From positions 4,643 through 68,642 of IMG/VR virus record IMGVR_UViG_2846363972_000001: a stretch of DNA of 64,000 nucleotides; one strand, given 5' to 3'. Position numbers and translations under genes: made by a program. This document shows, piece after piece, positions 10,159 through 18,866 of this stretch. The DNA comes from a virus. Under the pieces are notes generated by a model. That model had not been told where the DNA came from and searched no databases. It saw nothing but the letters and a program-made list of their open reading frames with translations. The stretch's first letter is position 1. The number at the start of each line of letters is the position of its first letter.

Positions 10159-10437
10159 CTAATGATAATCTTGGTAATCTACTATTTCAGCGTCATTTCC
10201 ATTAAATTTAAAAGTTAAACGCCAATTACCGTTTACAGTAACCGCCCAATGTCCCTGCAAATTACCTTTTAACTGGTGCAATTTCCAACTAGGCGCATTC
10301 ATATCTTGAGGCTGTGCAGCAGCATCCAGAGCAGTTAATAAAACCCTTAACTTGGTGCTATGTGCAGCCTGAATGCCTGCTTTGCTTCCTGTACGATAAA
10401 ATTGCTCAAGTCCTTTGTGGTTAAAACTTTTTATCAT
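10159..10437 (-). CDS. higB: HigB toxin (start corrected to MIKSFNHKGL)
   Basis: MIKSF.HKGL, LHQLKGNLQGHWAVTVNGNWRLTF, DYQDYH. Confidence 0.92.
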   Translation of the reverse strand: MIKSFNHKGLEQFYRTGSKAGIQAAHSTKLRVLLTALDAAAQPQDMNAPSWKLHQLKGNLQGHWAVTVNGNWRLTFKFNGNDAEIVDYQDYH

Positions 10438-10533
10438 AGCTGCCTCTATAGTGTATAGCATAAATATACACAAAGCCCAGATATTTTGCTATAAATAAAA
10501 CCACTCCGTAGAGTGGTTTTATTGTGATTACAA

Positions 10534-11315
10534 TCAAATAATAATTTTAGCATGCAGCTCTTCAATCGGGCGATCTAACCTTGAGCTGTCGCATTCTCCA
10601 TATATTACCCTCATGCGTTTTGCCAGCTCCATCAGATACTCTGCCTGCTGCTTTGTCTGTATCAGCAGTTTTTTAAACACATCAGCCTTGATACAGTTAT
10701 AACCGTTGATATTCTCTGCATATGTAACTCTGTTATTTTTGACAATTACCAGCCAGCGTCCGTCTGTATTGATAGTGCGCAAAACATTGTTTTCTACAAC
10801 AGCAGATTTAAACATATCAGGCGCATTCGGTATGCTTTCCAAGTATTTCAGTGCAGCGGTGTAATGTTCAACCGGCATGGCTCTGTAACTGTCGATGTTC
10901 AGATAGGTATGCAAACCAGCATATATTTTCTGATACGGCTCGCCTGTTCGCTGGCTGCGCTCTTCTACTGCGCGTTGTATTGTGTCTGCCTGTTCTTTAT
11001 TGATTAGGTGGCTGATGGCTTTATGCTGTATTCCTATAAATCGCTCACGCTCACATTGAATAAAATATTTTCATACCTGACGACCTACCTCAGTTTTTTC
11101 TACCATCGCCAGTTCTTTAGCCATGTCTAAAATTAGATGGTATTCAATTTTGTTTTGTCCACCTCGTTTAGAATTCTTCCTATTAGATGAATTACTTAGA
11201 TCGCTCACCAAATTTGGCAAGCGAATAAAATCTACACCTTCAACGAATCCGTACTCTTCAATTCTTCCTTTAATCCAATTTGATAAGTTCCGAACAACAG
11301 TGTAATCACATGTAT
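10534..11315 (-). pseudogene. AntA/AntB-type antirepressor, 5' truncated, internal TGA at 11071-11073
   Basis: NWIKGRIEEYGF.EGVDF, ILDMAKELAMVE, GRQV*KYFIQCER; in frame with 10534-10914. Confidence 0.85.
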
Positions 11316-11836
11316 TACAACAGATCACATTTAAGTGCTAGATGTTGTGTAAAGAAATTTCCCCATTTGTATATATCAGCAATTTTACAATCACCATCTT
11401 TTTGACATCTTACCAAATAAGTAACAGTACCTTCTACATCCGTCTTTTTGGTTGCACCTACTGTTACTTGAACCATGTTTTCACTTGGCTCAGAAAACGT
11501 TAATTTAGCAGAAGGATCTAGATATAGACCCATCCATATAAATAGATAATAAAAATAATTACAATCTCTGCGTAGTCCGAGCGGTGTCTCATCTAAGCTC
11601 TTTTCTTTGGTATATATAGAATATAGTCTTTTTATATTATCATCCAGATATTTTGAAAAAAAGGAGTAATGATCTTTAATAGTTCTATAATCTGATTTGT
11701 TATCTTTTGTTTCGTCTGCTTTTAATTTAGATATATTTGAATCATACATCCCCTTTATAAATTGTAATTGTGGACTTTCCGCATATGCACATGCACTAAT
11801 AAACAAACCTAATAAGACAAAAAGAATTTTTTTCAT
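11315..11836 (-). CDS. Periplasmic DUF3828-like protein, paralogue 3 (most divergent)
   Basis: Signal peptide ending AYA-ESP; CQKDGDCKI motif shared with 11919 and 13949. Confidence 0.7.
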   Translation of the reverse strand: MKKILFVLLGLFISACAYAESPQLQFIKGMYDSNISKLKADETKDNKSDYRTIKDHYSFFSKYLDDNIKRLYSIYTKEKSLDETPLGLRRDCNYFYYLFIWMGLYLDPSAKLTFSEPSENMVQVTVGATKKTDVEGTVTYLVRCQKDGDCKIADIYKWGNFFTQHLALKCDLL

Positions 11837-11880
11837 TTTTTCTTTCTGATAAAAAATTTCAAAATATTTATTTAGCTAAG

Positions 11881-11919
11881 TTATGTTATTGAAACTCCAA
11901 ACTGGTTAAATAAATAGTT
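11881..11919 (-). repeat. Degenerate copy of TMP 3' end (NYLFNQFGVSIT*)
   Basis: Compare TMP terminus NYMFNQLGVSMT*; the following 44-bp spacer nearly matches 14477-14520. Confidence 0.85.
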
Positions 11920-12416
11920 TATTTATTTCGATGTTTTTTGATTTCGGTGCGATAAAAATCATCAAGACATTTAGACATTTTTTTGGTAAAAGGTTTTCCC
12001 CTTTCAAATATTTCGGTAATTTTGCAATCCCCGTCTTTTTGACATTTAACCTGATAAGTAACTGAACGCTGCTTCAAGTCTTTGGTTGCACCTATTGTTA
12101 CTTTAACCCTACCTGTGCTTGGTTCGGTAAATGTTAGCTTGGCCTTTGGATTTAACTCATTCACCTGCCATAAAACATCATAATCAATACAAGCTATACC
12201 CTCAGTTGCCTCTCCGTATTCATCATTTCTATCGTATAATTTTCTGATGTTGCTATCAAAATATTTTACATAGGAATCATAATCATAATTTGTTTCTCTG
12301 GTCTCAAGCTTTACGCTTTCTTTGTACATTCTTTTTATGTACTGCACTTGAGGGCTTTCAGCAAAAACGTCTGAACTGATACATAATCCCAAAACAGCAA
12401 GTAATAGTTTTTTCAT
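11919..12416 (-). CDS. Periplasmic DUF3828-like protein, paralogue 2
   Basis: Signal peptide ending VFA-ESP; ACIDYDVLWQ; last 17 aa identical to paralogue 1. Confidence 0.72.
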   Translation of the reverse strand: MKKLLLAVLGLCISSDVFAESPQVQYIKRMYKESVKLETRETNYDYDSYVKYFDSNIRKLYDRNDEYGEATEGIACIDYDVLWQVNELNPKAKLTFTEPSTGRVKVTIGATKDLKQRSVTYQVKCQKDGDCKITEIFERGKPFTKKMSKCLDDFYRTEIKKHRNK

Positions 12417-12518
12417 ATAACAGAACTTTCAAGTTAATTAAATATATAATTGTTTATTTTCTAAATCGCACGCTGTCGATTGTGTACAGCATGGCTGTTG
12501 AAACAATTAATTTCTTAA

Positions 12519-12640
12519 TCATGTCATCAATACTCTAAACTGATTAAAAATATAGTTTTGTGTTTCTTTCATCGCGACCATAGTATTCAAACTAACAGTA
12601 TTTGATAAATATTTAACATTTATGCTTTTATATTAACCAC
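12519..12640 (-). repeat. Degenerate copy of the last ~40 codons of the TMP
   Basis: VVNIKSINVKYLSNTVSLNTMVAMKETQNYIFNQFRVLMT* vs VNVNIPNMNVNTSSNTVSGNTVAAIKETQNYMFNQLGVSMT*. Confidence 0.9.
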
Positions 12641-12644
12641 AACA

Positions 12645-12683
12645 TTGCAACGTTCTTTTCCGAACACTTTGGCTACAAATTCA
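12645..12683 (-). pseudogene. Rha N-terminal remnant
   Basis: SEFVAKVFGKERCNVV matches SEFVAKAFGKKHCNVL in 53836-54576. Confidence 0.65.
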
Positions 12684-12803
12684 CTATTTGATAGCACTGA
12701 TAATCTCAGGCAATCTCCATGCAATTATAATCATCAGAATAATTAACGCAGCCGTCCACATGGTTTTACGTAATTCTTTGGGTGTGAAATTAATAGCTTC
12801 CAT
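12684..12803 (-). CDS. 39-aa single-TM peptide, copy 1
   Basis: MEAINFTPKELRKTMWTAALIILMIIIAWRLPEIISAIK; RBS AAGGAG; second copy at 55049-55168. Confidence 0.7.
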   Translation of the reverse strand: MEAINFTPKELRKTMWTAALIILMIIIAWRLPEIISAIK

Positions 12804-12867
12804 ATGCACTCCTTGAATTAAAAAAATCACTCCGAAAAGTGGTTTTGATTGCGTAACAGAATCAAGA

Positions 12868-13809
12868 TTAAAGTTTATATCCCTCAAGCTCTTTGGTTTT
12901 GGCTTTTATCAGCTTTATTCTACAGTTAAACCGGTTAATTTCTGTCTGCACCTCCGTATCAGCCGGCTTTTCTGAATTGCATTCATTATCCGCACTCTTA
13001 GTCCAACTTTTAAGGTTTGAGCTTAACTGATCTCTAATTGATTCTGGTATAGCATCCCATGTTGTTTCTAGTGTTTTTATTGAATCATCTGCTTCTTGCT
13101 TTAATTTCTGTAGCTTTGCTTCTTTTACGTTGGCATAAACTTGATCCTGCTGTGCTTGAAGTTCTGAAATACGGCTACGCGTCAATTCAGTCTCACAGTT
13201 TAAATATGCTATTTGGTTTTCTTCAGGTGAGGAGTACGCATTAGATTGACACTGTTTTTTCTTATCACGATTCCAAATGACTTGTTGAGATTTTAAATAA
13301 TTTCGTACATCTACATCCATATTCTTCCATAAAGTATTTATTTCGTTATTCACTGCCGTATTTTCAAGTTTTGCACTTTGTAATAAAGCTTGAATATCTT
13401 CCTGAGATGTATTTTGATTATCTGTATTAGCAACTGTCTGCGTGTTATTTGATACTGGAGTATTTTCAGTCGTTTTTTTGTTACTTGAGCATGTTTCTAA
13501 CAATACACCAACCACCACAAAAAAACCAATCGTTGCCAAGATGCTTTTTAAACAGCCGCCATTTTTGGCTACAGCAGTCGCGCTAGATGATGCAGCCGCA
13601 GATGCACTTTGATTAATGATAATCTGCGGCTTTGTCTCAGTTGGCTTTGTTTGAGCTGGATCACCATACCCATTATTATAGGTAGATGTATTACGGGCTT
13701 GGTTTAGTAATAAAGCTTTGTGTTCTTCATACTCTTCCTGAGTTATTGCCCCTTTTTCCAGTAATTCATACAAGCGTGTAAGTTCATTTGTTAATGATGG
13801 TTTAGACAT
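12868..13809 (-). CDS. SHOCT + TM + two LprI (DUF1311)-like repeats
   Basis: ELTRLYELLEKGAITQEEYEEHKALLL (SHOCT); QQVIW..DKKKQC...C...LTRSRISEL pattern occurs twice. Confidence 0.7.
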   Translation of the reverse strand: MSKPSLTNELTRLYELLEKGAITQEEYEEHKALLLNQARNTSTYNNGYGDPAQTKPTETKPQIIINQSASAAASSSATAVAKNGGCLKSILATIGFFVVVGVLLETCSSNKKTTENTPVSNNTQTVANTDNQNTSQEDIQALLQSAKLENTAVNNEINTLWKNMDVDVRNYLKSQQVIWNRDKKKQCQSNAYSSPEENQIAYLNCETELTRSRISELQAQQDQVYANVKEAKLQKLKQEADDSIKTLETTWDAIPESIRDQLSSNLKSWTKSADNECNSEKPADTEVQTEINRFNCRIKLIKAKTKELEGYKL

Positions 13810-13919
13810 AAAAAATCCTTATGCAGTATCAAAGTTTTTATCTAAGTTACTACAAACAAATCAAGATGAACAAAACCTCAAACATGCTATACCGGATAAA
13901 ACAGATTTCTTCATGTTCT

Positions 13920-13949
13920 TCAAATTCCAAGCTGGTTAATCATATAGTT
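13920..13949 (-). repeat. Degenerate copy of TMP 3' end (NYMINQLGI*)
   Basis: Abuts the stop of paralogue 1, as 11881-11919 abuts the stop of paralogue 2. Confidence 0.75.
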
Positions 13950-14476
13950 TATTTATTTCGATGCTTTTTGATTTCAGTGCGATAAAAATCATCAAGACAC
14001 TTAGACATTTCTTTAGTAAAAGGTTTTCCCCATTCAAATATTTCAGTAATTTTGCAATCCCCGTCTTTTTGACATTTAACCTGATAAGTAACAGAACGCT
14101 GCTCCATGCCTCTGGTTGCACCTATTGTTACTTTAACTCTACCTTCACTTGGCTCAGAAAACGTTAATTTAGCAAAAGGATTCATGTCTTGCCCTTGCCA
14201 TAAAACATTATGATCCAGACAGGCTATGTCTCCGCTTATTTCCTGATATTCATTATTTCTTGCATATAGTTTTTTTATATTCTCATCGAGATATTCTAAA
14301 AAAAAAGATTCATCAACATCTTGATAAATATTTAAAGCACTATCTTTTGTTATACCTCCTTTTAATAGAGATGCATTTAAATCATACATCCCCTTTATGT
14401 ACTGTACTTGAGGGCTTTCCGCATTTGCACATGCGCCAATAAATAAACCTAATAAGACAAAAAGTATTTTTTTCAT
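13949..14476 (-). CDS. Periplasmic DUF3828-like protein, paralogue 1 (44 bp after TMP stop)
   Basis: Signal peptide ending ANA-ESP; ACLDHNVLWQGQD; VTYQVKCQKDGDCKITEI. Confidence 0.75.
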   Translation of the reverse strand: MKKILFVLLGLFIGACANAESPQVQYIKGMYDLNASLLKGGITKDSALNIYQDVDESFFLEYLDENIKKLYARNNEYQEISGDIACLDHNVLWQGQDMNPFAKLTFSEPSEGRVKVTIGATRGMEQRSVTYQVKCQKDGDCKITEIFEWGKPFTKEMSKCLDDFYRTEIKKHRNK

Positions 14477-14520
14477 TTTTTTCTTTCTGATAAAAATTTC
14501 AAAATATTTATTTAACTAAG

Positions 14521-17196
14521 TTATGTCATCGATACCCCAAGTTGATTAAACATATAGTTTTGTGTTTCTTTTATCGCCGCAACAGTATTTCCACTAACAG
14601 TATTTGATGAAGTGTTAACATTCATATTTGGTATATTAACATTAACATATTTTCTATTGTCTGTATGTGTTGCTGTATTACTTCCAGCTAACTGATTGCT
14701 TTGGCTAACTCTTTTTGATATTCGATTTGCGTTATACGCCATTTCCATATTAGCGGTCTGTTTAAAAAAAGCATCCCGTCTGTCATGCCCGCTCTTGTAT
14801 TTTGGGTCATCCTGTCGCCAGATAATATAATTACCTCCTAATATTTTGTGTCCTTTATCGTATGCGACATTCGGATTATCCAAAAATTCTTTTTTGGTTT
14901 TGGAGTACGCAGGGTTATTGGATATTTCAGACAGCATATACTTAACCATTTCATCAAGCGAAGCTTTTGATCTGGTTATTTTTCCGTTTTTATATAAACC
15001 CTTTGCTGTTAATTCCGCAATCAGCTTTTTAGCCCGAATTCCCTGCCAAGAAATAAGTCCAACATTTGTTGCACCATTTTTCGGGTCTGTATGCGAACCA
15101 AAAAGAAAATCCGGATTAAATGAATTTTCCCGACCAATCTCAGCAGTCATTATTCTTGCTTGCTGTGCGGATAAACCGTGTTCACGAAGAGATGCATAGA
15201 TTTGCTGAGCATAATTCATATTTCCTTTTACAGGTACACTGGTTGCCGTTTTCTTCTGGTTTGGTGTTTCTGATGATTTCATACGCGCGATGGTGGGAAC
15301 TGATACACCATTTACGATATTTTTATATGAAACATCATTGGTTGCAGCAGTATTGCCTCTGGTATTTTTTTGAACAAAGTCTGATACCCAATATCGACCA
15401 TTCCAGATGGCTACATGCCCAGCTTTGGCGTTCTGTCCAAATCCAGCTGGGATAGACATAACATCTCCAATTTGTGGAACATAATCCTTACTATAGGGAA
15501 TACTCTGGAACTTGCCAGTAGCAATCAAATTCTTCGCCACATCTTTACCATGTCCCCACGCTTTAATTCCTTGCTTCCTGAAGGATTCGTTTACATAGTA
15601 CGCACATTCGCTGTTACTTTTAGGCAATGCATGTTTTGTTGCGTAATCCGCTGCTTTCACTGCTGTATCCGCAGGCGTACTGTTAGAAGCGCCGTTAGAA
15701 GCACCTTTCTTTCCAATCACAATGGGCTTGGTTGGTGGTGTATAAGAGCCGTTTACTTCTTCATACGTTTTGCCTCCGTGAAATAAACGGTACGCGCTTT
15801 CACCGATGAAGCCCGCTACATCTTCTTTCTTTTCACCCATTGCATCAGCAATTATGCCTGTTGCAATATCAGAATAATTGTCAATCATCTGTTTGGCTTG
15901 CTTAGCCGCACCGGTAAAATCGCCGCGCACCAGTTTACCTAGAATTTCAGCATAACCTTTCAGGGTAGGAATGGTGTTATTTTTTACGGCATCAACCAGA
16001 TTACCAAATGCAGCGCACAAAGTATCAACGGACATTTTGCTGTCTTTAATACCGGCACTGAATGAACTCCAGTCAAACAGAGATTTACCGCCCTTAGCCC
16101 AAGTGTCGTAATCGTCGTACAGGAGTACAAAAGCACCTGCCAGAGCAGTTACCGCAGCAATAACCGGATTAATCGCGATTCCAAGGGCCCCCATAAGGCG
16201 GATTAACGGCGTAAACGGAGCAATAAACGCCAGCAGTGCACGTCCGGCACTAAGTAAGGTAGGAATCAGCAGCATACCGATTACAATAGCTGCGGTCTGG
16301 AATACCGCCTTAACAACCTTTTCATGCCGTTGCAGAAACTCAAAGAAGCTGTTTACTACCTTAATCAGAGTAAGCAGTATCGGCGTTAATGCATCACCCA
16401 CCAACTGCTTCATGCTTTGCCAGTGTGCGCTCAATATCGCCTGCTGTTTGGTCAATTCGCGACTGCGGACAATGGCTTCCCCGTCTGAGTGATACATTCT
16501 TTTCTGAATATCCAGAATTTCCTGTAACTCTTTGCGACCAGAAATTAAGGCGTTGATTGTGCCGTCATCAAAGCCCATTTTTTTACCGATTGTATAAGCC
16601 TGTTCCTTTGGCATTTTCTGGAATGAATCAGCCAGATCAAGCATTACATCATCCAGCTTGCGAACCTTACCGGCATCATCAACAACACTGACGCCCAAGG
16701 CATTGAAATAAGGCAGCATGCTGGTGTCACCAAACATTACCAGCCCGTTCATAGCCTGTTCAATGCCGGTTAAAGAGGCTGTCATACCCTGCGCACTGCC
16801 ACCGAAAGCACCTGCCGCATTCTGCCAGTCTGTAATACTCGCGGTGGCCATACCTAGCTGACCGGAAAGCTTTGACACTTCCATATTGGCATGCGCAGCA
16901 TCATTAGCCAGTTTAAACAGCCCTGTTGAGCCGATGATTAAAGCAAAAAATCCGGTTAGCTCCTTAGTTACTTTTGCAATGGCCTGACCGAATTTTGCTG
17001 TCTGTTCGATAGAGGAATGATATTTCTTGGCTAGTTCCTCGTTAGCCTTTCCGGCCTGCTTTGAGGCTTTTTCGGTTTTATCCAGAGACTTTTCGAGTGC
17101 CTGATTTTTCTTTTCTGCCTTAACTGCCTGCGCAGCAAATTTAGACGTATCAAGCATCAGCTCGACAAGTATTTGTTCAACTATATTCGTTGTCAT
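14521..17196 (-). CDS. Tape measure protein with C-terminal CHAP/NlpC-like amidase and tail-lysozyme domains
   Basis: Helical N-terminus; ECAYYV..GDV..GHVAIWNG..WVSDFVQ (~15330-15680); GLSAQQARIMTAEIGRENSFNP..GLISWQG (~14770-15220). Confidence 0.88.
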   Translation of the reverse strand: MTTNIVEQILVELMLDTSKFAAQAVKAEKKNQALEKSLDKTEKASKQAGKANEELAKKYHSSIEQTAKFGQAIAKVTKELTGFFALIIGSTGLFKLANDAAHANMEVSKLSGQLGMATASITDWQNAAGAFGGSAQGMTASLTGIEQAMNGLVMFGDTSMLPYFNALGVSVVDDAGKVRKLDDVMLDLADSFQKMPKEQAYTIGKKMGFDDGTINALISGRKELQEILDIQKRMYHSDGEAIVRSRELTKQQAILSAHWQSMKQLVGDALTPILLTLIKVVNSFFEFLQRHEKVVKAVFQTAAIVIGMLLIPTLLSAGRALLAFIAPFTPLIRLMGALGIAINPVIAAVTALAGAFVLLYDDYDTWAKGGKSLFDWSSFSAGIKDSKMSVDTLCAAFGNLVDAVKNNTIPTLKGYAEILGKLVRGDFTGAAKQAKQMIDNYSDIATGIIADAMGEKKEDVAGFIGESAYRLFHGGKTYEEVNGSYTPPTKPIVIGKKGASNGASNSTPADTAVKAADYATKHALPKSNSECAYYVNESFRKQGIKAWGHGKDVAKNLIATGKFQSIPYSKDYVPQIGDVMSIPAGFGQNAKAGHVAIWNGRYWVSDFVQKNTRGNTAATNDVSYKNIVNGVSVPTIARMKSSETPNQKKTATSVPVKGNMNYAQQIYASLREHGLSAQQARIMTAEIGRENSFNPDFLFGSHTDPKNGATNVGLISWQGIRAKKLIAELTAKGLYKNGKITRSKASLDEMVKYMLSEISNNPAYSKTKKEFLDNPNVAYDKGHKILGGNYIIWRQDDPKYKSGHDRRDAFFKQTANMEMAYNANRISKRVSQSNQLAGSNTATHTDNRKYVNVNIPNMNVNTSSNTVSGNTVAAIKETQNYMFNQLGVSMT

Positions 17197-17377
17197 ACTT
17201 ATTCACCAACATTTTGTTATGTTCAGAAACCTGATAAACCTCAAGAATATTCAGCACATCCTCAAGCCCCAGCACACTATCAAGCTCAACGTAAGAAGCC
17301 AGTCCGGCTGTAATAACCTGACTGGCTAAAGAAGAGACATTCACTGTTTGTGCAAGTACACCTTCACGGAAAGGCAA
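17177..17377 (-). CDS. Tail assembly chaperone extension (gpT-like)
   Basis: In the -1 frame of the upstream TAC at T TTT TTA (17416-17422). Confidence 0.7.
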   Translation of the reverse strand: MPFREGVLAQTVNVSSLASQVITAGLASYVELDSVLGLEDVLNILEVYQVSEHNKMLVNKYDNEYS

Positions 17378-17385
17378 TCCCGCCG

Positions 17386-17793
17386 TTAGTTCATATCTGG
17401 GGGATTGCCGTTCGTTAAAAAATCGATATGCACCAGTAAAGCCTCTTTGCGTAATTCAAACAGTGTTTTTAAATCCTCAATATCACTTTCTACATTCAGA
17501 CTGCGCGCCAGTCCGCCAGAGGGCACTATCTGCACGCAGGTAAGCAGTTCATCCAGCAATTCACCGCCTATCTGCGGGTCTATCTTGCTGATAACACTAA
17601 TGGCGAGTTTTGCCATTTCCAGCATGCCGCCGTTAGGATTGATACCCGCTGTATCAATGCCGCTTCCGGCAAGGGCAAACAGAGCGCGTTGTGCCCATTT
17701 ATCCGCCTGTATAATCGGCATTTCGGTGATCAGAAAGGTTTTACCTTTATCGCGACCGGTATCTATGTTGATTGTTTTTGTTTTACGTGCCAT
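17386..17793 (-). CDS. Tail assembly chaperone (gpG-like)
   Basis: Between tube and TMP; GRDKGKTFLITEM motif. Confidence 0.8.
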   Translation of the reverse strand: MARKTKTINIDTGRDKGKTFLITEMPIIQADKWAQRALFALAGSGIDTAGINPNGGMLEMAKLAISVISKIDPQIGGELLDELLTCVQIVPSGGLARSLNVESDIEDLKTLFELRKEALLVHIDFLTNGNPPDMN

Positions 17794-18242
17794 CAGTTAG
17801 TCTCCTCTGCGCCATTCAGAACCAATCTGAATGTGTACTGGCTGCCTGCCAGTAATTTCTGACCGGAAGCTCCGCCGGTTAATTTAACCAGAGCACCAGT
17901 AGCACTGTAGCGTTTTTTTACAGACGGAATTTCAACCACAATATCAATCGGGCGTGTTTCCATGTTGGCATTAAAATCCTTGCGGATATTCTCCATGTGC
18001 TCGATTGACGGGCTGTTTGCTTCTAGATGCAGCGTCCATTCCACTTCGTGCGGCGTATAGCCTATTGACTGTTTACCATCTACACCCATGCGAGTTTCTG
18101 CGATATTGGCATCACCAAAGCCCCAGGTGTTATCCGCCTGAAAGCCTTGCATCGTAATATAGTTGTCGTATACACCTGCGCAGCGCAACATAAGTACGGA
18201 ATTGGCTGATGTAATCGTTAGCGGGTTATGTCCCATTGGCAT
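17793..18242 (-). CDS. Tail tube protein
   Basis: After sheath; ITSANSVL, MGVDGK, LEANSPS motifs. Confidence 0.8.
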   Translation of the reverse strand: MPMGHNPLTITSANSVLMLRCAGVYDNYITMQGFQADNTWGFGDANIAETRMGVDGKQSIGYTPHEVEWTLHLEANSPSIEHMENIRKDFNANMETRPIDIVVEIPSVKKRYSATGALVKLTGGASGQKLLAGSQYTFRLVLNGAEETN

Positions 18243-18245
18243 GAT

Positions 18246-18773
18246 TTAATCTCCTAAAACTTCAAAATTGTTTAATAAGGGCTGTAACTGCTGTATATAA
18301 GACGTTATTTTTGCCTGGTTAATTGGCTTTTCAGTTTGTCGTTTGCGTAGAATTTTGCCGGCTAGGCTCGCTGTGGCAAATGACTGTTTTTCTGCTTCTA
18401 GCGCAGCCAGCAATTTAGTCATTATTGATGTATTTAGATTATTGAGCATGGACTGCATGCGATTAAATTCTTTGATATATGCCACTTTAATCTGCATAGC
18501 CTGATCAGTGTTGTAGCCCATCACCAGCAACATAAAGCCGTCTTTGGTCATGCGATAGCTGCGCACATTTCTCCAACAAGCCCCAATTTTCTTTTTTTCC
18601 TCGTAAGCCCAAAAATGGGCGCACGCAAATTCAGGGACTTTATCCATGATTGCATCAATATCACGCAATACGTGCTTATGCTGTTTGCTAAAAACTTTAG
18701 CCACTGCCTGACTATCAGTTAGAAGAACATCATTTTGAGCAAATATTAAATTTTTAGGTAATTGAATCTGCAT
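18246..18773 (-). CDS. Rha-family regulator
   Basis: TDSQAVAKVFSKQHKHVLRDI, MTKDGFMLLVMGY, KVAYIKEFNRM. Confidence 0.88.
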   Translation of the reverse strand: MQIQLPKNLIFAQNDVLLTDSQAVAKVFSKQHKHVLRDIDAIMDKVPEFACAHFWAYEEKKKIGACWRNVRSYRMTKDGFMLLVMGYNTDQAMQIKVAYIKEFNRMQSMLNNLNTSIMTKLLAALEAEKQSFATASLAGKILRKRQTEKPINQAKITSYIQQLQPLLNNFEVLGD

Positions 18774-18866
18774 TGTTATCTTCCTAAAATGAATAAACAA
18801 AAACCCGTACATTTTGTACGGGTTTTTAGGGTGGTTTTAGGGTTGTTCCCTTATTTGATTTCAGTG

